Assembly: GCA_029238255.1 (NCBI GenBank)
Contig: JAQWGK010000046.1
Coordinates: 32,708-96,707 of the forward strand
Length of the DNA stretch: 64,000 nucleotides
Reading direction: 5' to 3'
Origin: Porticoccaceae bacterium
GTDB lineage: Bacteria; Pseudomonadota; Gammaproteobacteria; Pseudomonadales; Porticoccaceae
The position numbers were made by a program, and so were the translations under genes. Under the pieces are notes generated by a model, which worked only from the letters and a program-made list of their open reading frames with translations, was not told the origin of the DNA and searched no databases. Of this stretch, positions 38,093 through 46,761 are shown in pieces; the first letter of the stretch is position 1; each line of letters opens with the position of its first letter.

Positions 38093-38224
38093 GGTTTTCT
38101 CCAACGTCAGACTATTTACAGGCGGCATTATAACCGCAATTTTCTATATTTCCGAAACAATTAGATATCTGCACTTTTGGCTGGTTAAACCGGGGTATAG
38201 ATTGAAACTATAAAACTAGAAAGG

Positions 38225-38256
38225 AGGTATTGAGAGACCGCAGTCTCTCAATACCT
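38225..38256 (-). terminator. 14-bp-stem hairpin downstream of the TonB-dependent receptor gene
   Basis: AGGTATTGAGAGAC-CGCA-GTCTCTCAATACCT is a perfect palindrome. On the minus strand it is followed by a moderately T-rich tract. Confidence 0.45.
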
Positions 38257-38276
38257 ATTTGGTGCTTAACCTTATT

Positions 38277-38331
38277 GAACTATGATTAAGAACTATGGTT
38301 AAGAACTATGATTAAGACTTAAGACTAAAAA
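38277..38331. repeat. 13-bp tandem repeat abutting the receptor stop codon
   Basis: GAACTATGATTAA / GAACTATGGTTAA / GAACTATGATTAA are followed by degenerate GACTTAA and GACTAAAAATTAA units. Confidence 0.7.
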
Positions 38332-40638
38332 TTAAAATACAGCTCTAATTTTCAGACCAAGGTTTCTACCTGCTAAAGGAACCTCGTTCTTAACAAATGA
38401 ACTGTGATTTCTGGCAACTTCATCGAGAAGGTTGTTGGCAAACACTGAAACCGTTAAATCACCTTCGCCATTTAAGTTAAAGGACTTCTTAGCTGACAGA
38501 TTAAGCATCTTAAAGCCATCAGTGACTGATTCTCCTTCGCCAATATCGTTTTGTCTTTCAACATCCTTCAAACGCAAGCTCAGTTCCAAATCGCTCTCAG
38601 AGTAAGACAGTGAGTAGATATTTCTTGCCGGAACCAGTCTTGGGATATTGCTGCCATCAGCGAACTCACCTGTCACCGAGTCTCTGCCAAATGATACTAA
38701 GATCTCTCCTTTATCCAGCTCGAAGACCTGACCAAACTCGAGCTCATAACCGCTAAACTCTGCGTCTCTTTGCAGATAATTTGCCAGAATCAAACCACCG
38801 TGATCATCATGGTCATCGTGACCTGCATGATCGTCTTCAGTCTCATCCATCAGGTAAATGTAATCATCGATGTTATTTTGGAATAGAGTGAAATCACCGT
38901 AAAAGCCAGCATTTTCATAACTCAAAGTTAAGTCGATATTGTTTGAGGATTCCGCTTTTAGGTTTGGATTTCCAGTCTCTAATCTGCCAGTAGCAAGGTG
39001 CGGACCATTCATAAACAGCTCTACGGCTGAAGGCGCTCTTACTACTCTGGAGAGACCAATATTGAAATCCCAAAGCGCATTGATCTCTGTTCCAACACTT
39101 AACGCAAAGCTGGTATTGTTTAGATCTCGATCAAATAACTCCAACTCTTCCTCATGATCGCCCTCTTCGGCGTGATCATCGTGCTCCTCTTCATGGTCAC
39201 CTTCTTCCTCATGTTCATCATGACTTAACGACCCGCTTCTGCTGATCATGTCATGACGGACACCAAAATCCACATGGAATGGGCCGAACTTATTGCTGAG
39301 ATAGTAACCAATAGATGTCTCCTCATTATCTGTTGGGCTCATAAATGCTTCAGCACCCATAATGGAGATATCTTCTTGCGTGAGATTGAGGACCAGTTTT
39401 TGCGAAAGAGTATCGTTGGTTAGATCAAAGACCGCACCATACTCTTTAGCTTCATTCTTAAACATGGTGGGACCTTCTTCATGATGTTCATCCTCATGCT
39501 CTTCTTCACCGTGCTCTTCCTCTACGTGCTCATCATGCTCTTCTTCTGCATGCTGCTCGGTCAATAGGTAGTCGCTATCTCGGAAAAAGTAGTCCACTTT
39601 GGTCAGCCAGGGCTTATTAACCTTGTAGGAACCCTCTAGATTAAAGACATCAGACTTAGTGTTTGAGAAAATTCTTTCACCCTCATGCTCACCTTCGTGT
39701 TCATCGGCATGCTCTTCGCCTTCGTGTTCTTCCTCACCGTGCTCTTCACCTTCGTGCTCTTCGCCTTCATGATCCTCATGGTTGTCTCCATGGAAAGGAA
39801 TGCCATAGACACTTTCAACACTATTGGCAGAGATGCCAACATAGCCCCAATCGCCGGTTTTCGACAGACCAATTCGCTTTGAAGTCGAACCGTAATCCGA
39901 GTTTGGCAAATATCCTAGCTGCTCTTCATGTTCCTCGCCATGTTCGTCTTCATCATGTTCTTCTTCATCATGATGCTCCTCACCCTCATGCTCATCGTGC
40001 TCGTCTTCGTGCAAAACAGCGCCATCAGGAATATCGAAGTTACCAAATTGCGAATCTTTGTAAGCCAAGCTCAGATTGAGACCGCCAAGGTTGTTTTGAT
40101 AGGAGACATCATAGGCATCACCATCATTAACAGACTGGGCTTCAGCACCCATGGCTAACCTTGACTGGGTAAAATCAGTTTTGGCAATGGTGTTATCAAC
40201 AATATTGATAATGCCGCCAATCGAACCATTTGAGAAGAACAGTGAGGACGGCCCCTTGGCCACTTCGATCTGCTGAATATCAGTTAAGTCGATATCGTTG
40301 ACATGATCTGCACCAAGGCCTGAAACGTCCCTGACAACTCGTCCGTTGTGTAGAACCTTGACGCGACTGCCAGACATACCGCGTATAACTGGCTGCCCAA
40401 CAGCGGAGCCATAGTCTGCGGATGAAACGCCTAACAGGCCATCAATTGACCCGCCTAGGCTCTGGGTTGCTGCGGTGGAGATATCCTCTCCATCTACAAC
40501 TTGAAGGGGGTTTTCAATGTCGCTTAATGCCTGATCTATAAAGGATGAAGTAACAATTACTTCATCAATTTCTTCTGCAGTTATGTTATTTACTAAAAAT
40601 GCACCCATAACCAAAAGTGCTACATGAAATTTTTTCAT
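38332..40638 (-). CDS. TonB-dependent outer-membrane receptor with five His/Glu/Asp-rich insertions
   Basis: Signal peptide, plug-domain pattern (DEVIVTSS, VIRGMSGSRVKVLHNG), beta-barrel segments and a C-terminal aromatic residue (RAVF). The tracts include HEDEHDEHEGEEHHDEEEHDEDEHGEEHEE. Confidence 0.85.
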   Translation of the reverse strand: MKKFHVALLVMGAFLVNNITAEEIDEVIVTSSFIDQALSDIENPLQVVDGEDISTAATQSLGGSIDGLLGVSSADYGSAVGQPVIRGMSGSRVKVLHNGRVVRDVSGLGADHVNDIDLTDIQQIEVAKGPSSLFFSNGSIGGIINIVDNTIAKTDFTQSRLAMGAEAQSVNDGDAYDVSYQNNLGGLNLSLAYKDSQFGNFDIPDGAVLHEDEHDEHEGEEHHDEEEHDEDEHGEEHEEQLGYLPNSDYGSTSKRIGLSKTGDWGYVGISANSVESVYGIPFHGDNHEDHEGEEHEGEEHGEEEHEGEEHADEHEGEHEGERIFSNTKSDVFNLEGSYKVNKPWLTKVDYFFRDSDYLLTEQHAEEEHDEHVEEEHGEEEHEDEHHEEGPTMFKNEAKEYGAVFDLTNDTLSQKLVLNLTQEDISIMGAEAFMSPTDNEETSIGYYLSNKFGPFHVDFGVRHDMISRSGSLSHDEHEEEGDHEEEHDDHAEEGDHEEELELFDRDLNNTSFALSVGTEINALWDFNIGLSRVVRAPSAVELFMNGPHLATGRLETGNPNLKAESSNNIDLTLSYENAGFYGDFTLFQNNIDDYIYLMDETEDDHAGHDDHDDHGGLILANYLQRDAEFSGYELEFGQVFELDKGEILVSFGRDSVTGEFADGSNIPRLVPARNIYSLSYSESDLELSLRLKDVERQNDIGEGESVTDGFKMLNLSAKKSFNLNGEGDLTVSVFANNLLDEVARNHSSFVKNEVPLAGRNLGLKIRAVF

Positions 40639-40691
40639 GTGACCTCCGAATAAAAATTTAAATTTTTAACAACCTGAAATCTGGGACAGAT

Positions 40692-40973
40692 TTAGATTTT
40701 CGGCGGTGCTCTGGATGAGTAATTAGAAGCTGGAGTCGAGATAACATTTTCAGATATCTCGAAACTGTAGACATTGGCAAGATAATTGACTGAATCTGCC
40801 AGACTTGAGCTCAGTGGCCCGGATATTTCGTTTTTACAAAACTGACATTCGACCTGATAACTATCGTCATCAGCATGGCTGTGTAAAAGAGGGTCGGCAG
40901 TTATGGCAACTGCGAATAAAAAACACGCAAGCAGGCAGAATTGACCTATATATTTATTTCTATTCGCAACCAT
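40692..40973 (-). CDS. Small membrane-anchored His/Cys protein, DUF2946-like
   Basis: N-terminal hydrophobic helix, then HSHADDD...CQFC, then a C-terminal SSRAPP. This H...CxxC...RxPP layout resembles DUF2946 proteins, which are usually found next to metal-type TonB-dependent receptors. Confidence 0.45.
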   Translation of the reverse strand: MVANRNKYIGQFCLLACFLFAVAITADPLLHSHADDDSYQVECQFCKNEISGPLSSSLADSVNYLANVYSFEISENVISTPASNYSSRAPPKI

Positions 40974-41126
40974 GGCTCCATTCTAAAGAACCAGTAATCA
41001 CTGTCAATAAATTCTCGATATGGCTGGAAAGAATTTTTGCCGAAGATTACTAGCCCGAACGGGACGCAACCTGTGCATTGGGTTAATATAGCGCTTCTTA
41101 AAACGATCCCGATTTGAGGCTTAGTC

Positions 41127-43145
41127 TTGGGCAAATTACTAAAATGGCTGGTTAGATCAGCACTGACATCACTTATTCTGGCACTGGCGGCAATTATCTA
41201 CCTGCTGGTGGCGGTAGACCCCAATGATTACAAACCCCAGATCAAAAATCTGGCCGCCAAACAGGGACTTGAACTGTCTCTGGATAAAGAGGGTGCTGGA
41301 GATTTAGCCTGGCAATTTATCCCACAGATAGGTATCACCGTTGAACAGGTGGACTTTGCCTATGCCAACTCTACTTACAGCGCCGCCTCCGGATCTATTG
41401 GCCAACTGACTCTGGCGGTTAACTGGAGTGAGCTGCTAAAACTTCTTAACACCAACCCCGCATCCGGTCAGATGCCAATGGGAACCGTTAAAATTGCAGA
41501 CTCCAGCATTCGCATAGAACCCATTGCACCGGGCGCACTGCCCATTGAGTTGGACAGGGTTAATGCCGTTATCCACAATTTCTCCATTCAGGGTGAGAGC
41601 TTTCCCCTAACCTTCTCAGCAGAGGCAGCTGGGGGATTGAAGCTTTCTCTTAGCAGCGAGATAACACTGAATACTGTTGGTGATCGCTTGCAGACGCTCT
41701 CTATTGAAAATGCGCTGATCAAAATAGATCAGCTGCAAATGGAAGGAAACCTGCTAACCGAGGATGGCTTTATAACCGCCGAAGGCAATCTGCAGGGTGA
41801 TAATTTAAATCTTAAAGAGCAAATAAACAGCCTTGAGCGAGAAAATAGCCTTGGGACGACATTTGCCGCGCTACAATTACCACCAATTCAACTGCCCGCT
41901 ATGGCCGCCGAAGATGCATTAACCGCACTCAGCTTCGACAGCAGCTTTAGCCTTAACGGCAACGAGCAATCTACTATCACCACGAGCCTAACTATCGACG
42001 ATCAACAGCTAATGGTGGATACCCAGATAAACCACCCGACTAATAATCTCTATATAGGCATCTCCGGAGATAGCTTTAATATTGCTAACTATATGGCGGC
42101 TGATTCCGCGGCTGCCCAGAGCGAGAAAAGTGCCCAGAGCGAGAAAAGTGCCCAAAGCGGAAAAAGTGCCCAGAGCCAAAACAGCGCCCTATTCGCCCCG
42201 CTGGCAGCGCCTTTTGCCCTCTGGCATGGCCGCAGCCAACTGGAACTATCTCTGGGTGCGCTAGATTTTGGTGATTTTGCTGCCGGTAATATCTACCTCA
42301 ATCTGTTCGGCAACCAGAAGGTATTGCGCCTTAGCTCCTTTAATGCAGACCTATTTAACGGTCAAGTCAATACCACCGGACGTCTAGATATGCGTCAGGG
42401 CACCCCAGAGTTTGAATTGCAGAACTCCCTGAGCAATATAGATCTGCAACTGGCTCTGCCAGCTATGGCCGACAGCAGTGATATCTCTGGCCTACTCAAT
42501 CTGGATGCCAATCTTCAGGGAACTGGCAATAGCACTGAGGAGCTACTAGGCAGTCTCAGTGGCAATGGTGAACTGACGGTTGCCAACCCCACCTATCTGG
42601 CGATCAATGTCGAGGAGATGTTCTGTAATGCCGCTGCACTATTTGGTAGCAGCTCCAGCAACAGCAACTGGTCAAAAGGTACAGAGCTGGAAAACCTCAG
42701 CAGCCTGTTCACTGTAAGCAATGGCAAGATACGGATTCAAGACCTAAAAACGGGTACCGGAAACCTTTCGATAAATGGTCGAGGTACAGTCCAACTATTG
42801 CAGAAACGCTACAGCATCACAGCCAATACCAGAGTAAACGGCACTACAACCAGCCCCTCCGGATGCTCAGTTAACAAGAGCCTGCGCGATCGCAACCTGC
42901 CATTTATCTGCACCGGCAGTTACGATACAAATGGCAAAACCAACTGTAAGCCCGATGACAATTTGGTCAATGATTTCCTCAAAGGCAGTATTTTTCAACA
43001 ACTTAGCGGGCAACTATTTGATACGCCAGTTACTGATAAAGAGACCGACAAAGAGAGCAGCGATGCACAAGAAGGAGAACAAAAAAGAGAGTCAGACCCA
43101 TTTAAAAGTCTGCTCAAAGATGTTCTGAAAAAGAAACTACAATAA
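41127..43145 (+). CDS. asmA: AsmA-family outer-membrane biogenesis protein
   Basis: TTG start. An N-terminal TM helix is followed by VDPNDYKPQIKN, which is typical of AsmA N-termini. The rest is long, beta-rich and polar. Confidence 0.7.
   Translation: MGKLLKWLVRSALTSLILALAAIIYLLVAVDPNDYKPQIKNLAAKQGLELSLDKEGAGDLAWQFIPQIGITVEQVDFAYANSTYSAASGSIGQLTLAVNWSELLKLLNTNPASGQMPMGTVKIADSSIRIEPIAPGALPIELDRVNAVIHNFSIQGESFPLTFSAEAAGGLKLSLSSEITLNTVGDRLQTLSIENALIKIDQLQMEGNLLTEDGFITAEGNLQGDNLNLKEQINSLERENSLGTTFAALQLPPIQLPAMAAEDALTALSFDSSFSLNGNEQSTITTSLTIDDQQLMVDTQINHPTNNLYIGISGDSFNIANYMAADSAAAQSEKSAQSEKSAQSGKSAQSQNSALFAPLAAPFALWHGRSQLELSLGALDFGDFAAGNIYLNLFGNQKVLRLSSFNADLFNGQVNTTGRLDMRQGTPEFELQNSLSNIDLQLALPAMADSSDISGLLNLDANLQGTGNSTEELLGSLSGNGELTVANPTYLAINVEEMFCNAAALFGSSSSNSNWSKGTELENLSSLFTVSNGKIRIQDLKTGTGNLSINGRGTVQLLQKRYSITANTRVNGTTTSPSGCSVNKSLRDRNLPFICTGSYDTNGKTNCKPDDNLVNDFLKGSIFQQLSGQLFDTPVTDKETDKESSDAQEGEQKRESDPFKSLLKDVLKKKLQ
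42114..42185 (+). repeat. In-frame 18-bp tandem repeat (x4) inside asmA
   Basis: GCCCAGAGCGAGAAAAGT occurs twice, then GCCCAAAGCGGAAAAAGT, then GCCCAGAGCCAAAACAGC. Together they encode AQSEKS AQSEKS AQSGKS AQSQNS. Confidence 0.85.
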
Positions 43146-43158
43146 CGAGCCCAACATC

Positions 43159-44211
43159 CTGTCTCCTAATAAATTTCAAAATGCGGTACTCAACTGGTTT
43201 GACCAATTTGGTCGAACCAATCTGCCGTGGCAGCAAAATATCAGCGCCTATCGGGTTTGGGTTTCCGAGATTATGCTCCAGCAAACCCAAGTCAGCACAG
43301 TAATCCCCTACTTTGAACGCTTTATGCAAAGCTATCCAACAGTGGAATCTTTGGCAGCGGCAGAACTGGATGAAGTACTTCACCATTGGACCGGGCTGGG
43401 TTATTACGCCCGCGCCCGCAATCTCCATAAAACCGCGCAGATTGTGAGGGACCAACTCAAGGGACAGTTTCCCGATAATGTAACTGGGCTGATCGAGCTG
43501 CCCGGTATAGGCCGTTCAACCGCCGGCGCTATCAGTTCCATCGCCTTTAAAAATCAGGCAACCATACTCGATGGCAATGTAAAACGGGTTCTGGCCCGTT
43601 TTAGCGCCACCGAAGGCTGGCCGGGGAAAAGTGCCGTCGTAGAAAAGCTCTGGTTGATCGCCGAGACCTATACCCCCCATAAGCGGATCGCTGACTACAC
43701 TCAGGCGATGATGGATTTAGGTGCAACCCTGTGCACAAGGTCATCACCGAACTGCGAACACTGCCCTTTAATGGAAGGCTGCAAAGCATTTAAACAGGGC
43801 AATCCTCAGGGTTACCCCGGTAAAAAACCAAAGAAAAAACTGCCGGTGAAAACCACCTGCTTTTTAATCATTAAAAATAGCGATGGCGCATTGCTGTTAG
43901 AACAAAACCCTCCAACCGGATTATGGGGTGGACTCTGGGTATTTCCTCAATGTGAGTCTCAAGAGCAATTAGAGAAAACCTGTTTAAAGCTAGGTATAGA
44001 GGCTAACAGTCAGCAGGTTGAGGACGTGAAGCGGCATACTTTTAGCCATTTCCATCTAGATTATCAGCCAGTTCAGATATCTATAGATAACTCTGCGATT
44101 AAGGCTAGCCAAATAGCCGAAGGCAGCAATCAAGTCTGGTATAACCCGCAGAATCCACTATCATTGGGCATGCCTGCTCCAATCAAAGCACTATTACAGA
44201 AACACTTTTAA
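43159..44211 (+). CDS. mutY: A/G-specific adenine DNA glycosylase
   Basis: HhH-GPD and Fe-S cluster motifs ([37 protein letters not shown]). Conserved N-terminal residues ([20 protein letters not shown]) lie upstream of the first ATG at 43273. The start coordinate is therefore uncertain, and I tentatively place it at CTG 43159. Confidence 0.8.
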   Translation: MSPNKFQNAVLNWFDQFGRTNLPWQQNISAYRVWVSEIMLQQTQVSTVIPYFERFMQSYPTVESLAAAELDEVLHHWTGLGYYARARNLHKTAQIVRDQLKGQFPDNVTGLIELPGIGRSTAGAISSIAFKNQATILDGNVKRVLARFSATEGWPGKSAVVEKLWLIAETYTPHKRIADYTQAMMDLGATLCTRSSPNCEHCPLMEGCKAFKQGNPQGYPGKKPKKKLPVKTTCFLIIKNSDGALLLEQNPPTGLWGGLWVFPQCESQEQLEKTCLKLGIEANSQQVEDVKRHTFSHFHLDYQPVQISIDNSAIKASQIAEGSNQVWYNPQNPLSLGMPAPIKALLQKHF

Positions 44212-44231
44212 CATTTACCCAGAGGTTAGTT

Positions 44232-44504
44232 ATGGCGCGCATGGTTCACTGTCGCAAACTTAAGCAAGAATTACCCGGACTGGATATGCCTCCATTTCCC
44301 GGACCCAAGGGACAGGAAATTTTCGACAATATCTCGAAACAGGCCTGGGCCGATTGGATGACTCATCAGACAACACTGATCAATGAAATGCGTCTAAATA
44401 TGATGGATTTAACTGCTCGAACTTATCTCTCGGAGCAACGAGAAAAGTTCTTTTCGGGCGAACAGGTCGATCAAGCTGAAGGATACGTGCCACCTACTGA
44501 ATAA
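44232..44504 (+). CDS. yggX: Fe(2+)-trafficking / oxidative-damage protection protein YggX
   Basis: 90 aa with [24 protein letters not shown]...QAWADW, typical of YggX. The gene follows mutY, as it does in enterobacteria. Confidence 0.85.
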   Translation: MARMVHCRKLKQELPGLDMPPFPGPKGQEIFDNISKQAWADWMTHQTTLINEMRLNMMDLTARTYLSEQREKFFSGEQVDQAEGYVPPTE

Positions 44505-44508
44505 TCTC

Positions 44509-44537
44509 TTGACGTAGTGCATTTCAGACGCTTTAAT
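44509..44537 (+). promoter_or_regulatory. Sigma70-type promoter for tRNA-Phe
   Basis: TTGACG (44509-44514), a 17-nt spacer and TTTAAT (44532-44537) are followed by a GC-rich discriminator, ACGCGCC. Confidence 0.5.
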
Positions 44538-44572
44538 ACGCGCCTCTCGCAAAGTGCACATTTGATTGCGAC

Positions 44573-44648
44573 GCCCGGTTAGCTCAGTTGGTAGAGCAGA
44601 GGATTGAAAATCCTCGTGTCCTTGGTTCGATTCCGAGACCGGGCACCA
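44573..44648 (+). tRNA. tRNA-Phe (GAA)
   Basis: 76 nt with a cloverleaf, the anticodon loop ATTGAAAAT and an encoded CCA end. It is nearly identical in pattern to E. coli tRNA-Phe. Confidence 0.95.
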
Positions 44649-44654
44649 TATTCT

Positions 44655-44686
44655 AAAAACCCTCAGTGAAAGCTGGGGGTTTTTTG
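44655..44686 (+). terminator. Rho-independent terminator after tRNA-Phe
   Basis: AAAAACCCTCAG-TGAAAG-CTGGGGGTTTTTT. Confidence 0.7.
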
Positions 44687-44906
44687 GTTCTGTAAGGAAG
44701 TCATCGAACGGTTAGATGGATTCGCGCTAAAGCGCTCAGGGTTGCACCCCGCCTTCGCTCTGCGAACGCGCCCAAAATGCTTCGCATTTAGTCCGAGACC
44801 CCGTATTTCTGTGAAATTATTTAGTGTTGGTGGTTATACTGCCCGCCTAGCCAGTTATACCAACTTAATTATGGCCATTTGCTATTTTCCTTCCAGTGAC
44901 GCTTCA

Positions 44907-45914
44907 TCAACATTCGCTCTCATGGTCATAGAGGTTCTTTATTAGTACATCACAAGATGAATAAAAATAGCTTGGCTCACTGGATTTCATAATGGCTGAA
45001 TAGATGTTCTTAGGCTTTTGATTATTCTTAAATTCATACTTGAACTGCAATGAGTTATAAAACTGCTCGTCTAAGTACAACTGCATGGGCTTATGAATAC
45101 CTAACTTGATTGCATTTTTGGCAGAAGCTTCGATAGCTAGAAGCTCCGCAAACGGAACGCCCAAGCTATTTAAACAAATATGATTTTGACTTTCTGATAT
45201 GTGGAGTAAAGGTTCGCCATAATACTCATTACTGCCCTGAGTAAGAACTGCATATATCGTAAGACCGAGCACCTCTTGATAAATAAGATCAAGTTCTTTT
45301 ATTACGTAAAGGATTTTTTCGGGCCTATATGAACATTTAATGCCCTTATGGAAAGATCCAACATCCCAATTAGTTTTAAGTATTAGGCTATCAGCAAAAG
45401 ATATGAATGATATATCGGATTCGGTTTTTGCTAGATTATCTATTCTAGCCCTTAACTGTATAAGCTTGTCTTTGTGAAGAGCATTATCTCTTATAGCATT
45501 CTTTACACCAATGGCGTCGACGAGCGCGAACAGTGAATACTCACGTAGATGAAGATGTTCTAGCCAATCATGATCTATGAATATATAAGGCTTTATATCA
45601 TACTGCCAACAGCCCACACATATCTTGACCATATCTCTAGGGAGACTTATTGAAACCTCATGAAACCGCGTGAGTGTGTTTGGGTACCAAGACAGATCAA
45701 GTGAGTTACTATTTATTTTTCTTGCCACAACACGACTTACATAACCAATTTCATATGGATTGCACCCCTCCTTATGGAACATTTTACTCAACGCCTCATC
45801 AAACTCTCCCATATAAATTTCGCTCATAAGCAAGCATTCTCTGTCGAGAGGGATATTTTCAAAAGGGTATTTATCTATATCGCTATCTTCAAACAACACT
45901 AAAATCTCCGACAA
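44907..45914 (-). CDS. Hypothetical protein in an AT-rich islet, with a motif order reminiscent of a class III nucleotidyl-cyclase/GGDEF-type palm domain
   Basis: 335-aa ORF that is visibly AT-rich. The start is TTG at 45914, or alternatively the internal ATG giving MSEIYMG. The motifs FALVDAIGVKNAI, ISFADSLILK, AVLTQGSNEY and LGVPFAELLAIEASAK occur in the order of the cyclase metal-Asp, second Asp, GxxxG and G..VN.A.R.E motifs. Confidence 0.5.
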   Translation of the reverse strand: MSEILVLFEDSDIDKYPFENIPLDRECLLMSEIYMGEFDEALSKMFHKEGCNPYEIGYVSRVVARKINSNSLDLSWYPNTLTRFHEVSISLPRDMVKICVGCWQYDIKPYIFIDHDWLEHLHLREYSLFALVDAIGVKNAIRDNALHKDKLIQLRARIDNLAKTESDISFISFADSLILKTNWDVGSFHKGIKCSYRPEKILYVIKELDLIYQEVLGLTIYAVLTQGSNEYYGEPLLHISESQNHICLNSLGVPFAELLAIEASAKNAIKLGIHKPMQLYLDEQFYNSLQFKYEFKNNQKPKNIYSAIMKSSEPSYFYSSCDVLIKNLYDHESEC

Positions 45915-45941
45915 GACATTAACGTCTTAAAATAGAATTGC

Positions 45942-46400
45942 CTAATGCTGACTCCAAGTTCGCTCCGCATCGGCCAATGAACCATTGTTATTACTATCCC
46001 AAGCTTTAACAAAGGTATTGGTGAGTTCCAAAAAGCCATCACCTGCCTGTGCATTTTTAGGCGTGGCGCGCAATGTGTAGGTGGATCGGGTCGATGCCTG
46101 AACAGCGAGATCATAATACTTTGTGCCGCTATCTCGAGGGGATTCTGCAAGTTGAGATGGCAGAGCAACCGCAGTGCCGCCAGTATCTTCATCGTAGCGG
46201 TTATTTTCTGTGTAAAAGCGCTCCATATACTGGGCAGCTTCCATTAGAACCGCCTGTGCATCTGTGCGTCTTGCATCAGTAATGCTATCCCTGTAACTGG
46301 GATAGGCTATAGCGCCAAGGATCGCGACTATGGCGACCACAATCATTAACTCGATTAGGCTAAATCCTTTTTGATCTGAGTTTGAAGTCCGCTTTTTCAT
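45942..46400 (-). CDS. pilE: Type IV pilin-like protein PilE (minor pilin)
   Basis: Prepilin leader and cleavage motif MKKRTSNSDQKG|FSLIELMIVVAIVAILGAIAYPSY. It is the last pilin gene of the fimU-pilVWXY1Y2E-type operon. Confidence 0.8.
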   Translation of the reverse strand: MKKRTSNSDQKGFSLIELMIVVAIVAILGAIAYPSYRDSITDARRTDAQAVLMEAAQYMERFYTENNRYDEDTGGTAVALPSQLAESPRDSGTKYYDLAVQASTRSTYTLRATPKNAQAGDGFLELTNTFVKAWDSNNNGSLADAERTWSQH

Positions 46401-46416
46401 AGGTATTCCATTGAGT

Positions 46417-46749
46417 CTACTTGATGATTTCTATGCGTTTTATTTCGGATTTTCGATTATCTTGTCTGCTTAGATACAGCCGAATTTTAGTTCCAACGTC
46501 CATAGCTGATAGTGCAACCGGTTGATTGTTTCGGTTGAAAATAAGCGTGTTAAAAGGGACAAAAAACTCCCGATCACTGGCAACAAAAACCCGCTGCTCT
46601 GTATCTATGTAACTAATAACCACTTGATACTTTTTCCAGTTCGGGTCTATCTGCTGCTCTGCAGATACTGCTGATGTCGAGACTAACAGTGCAGAAATCA
46701 CCGCAGAAATCCAAAAAACAGCCGGTAAAAATAATGTAGAGATTTTCAT
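46417..46749 (-). CDS. Small secreted protein at the pilY2 position
   Basis: 110 aa with a signal peptide, lying between pilY1 and pilE. The assignment is positional only. Confidence 0.4.
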   Translation of the reverse strand: MKISTLFLPAVFWISAVISALLVSTSAVSAEQQIDPNWKKYQVVISYIDTEQRVFVASDREFFVPFNTLIFNRNNQPVALSAMDVGTKIRLYLSRQDNRKSEIKRIEIIK

Positions 46750-46761
46750 ATTTTTATTCCT

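Noticed and set aside
39636-40158. Several ORFs on both strands inside the TonB-dependent receptor gene
   Set aside because: They are artefacts of the GAA/GAG/CAC-rich DNA that encodes the His/Glu tracts. The receptor frame is continuous and has clear family motifs.
44792-44800. TCCGAGACC match to the 3' end of tRNA-Phe, as a possible att-site remnant
   Set aside because: It is only a 9-bp match about 150 bp from the tRNA, and no integrase is present. That is too short to distinguish from chance.
44742-44945. 67-aa plus-strand ORF between tRNA-Phe and the AT-rich gene
   Set aside because: It has no ribosome-binding site, overlaps the 3' end of the opposite-strand gene, and has an implausible composition.
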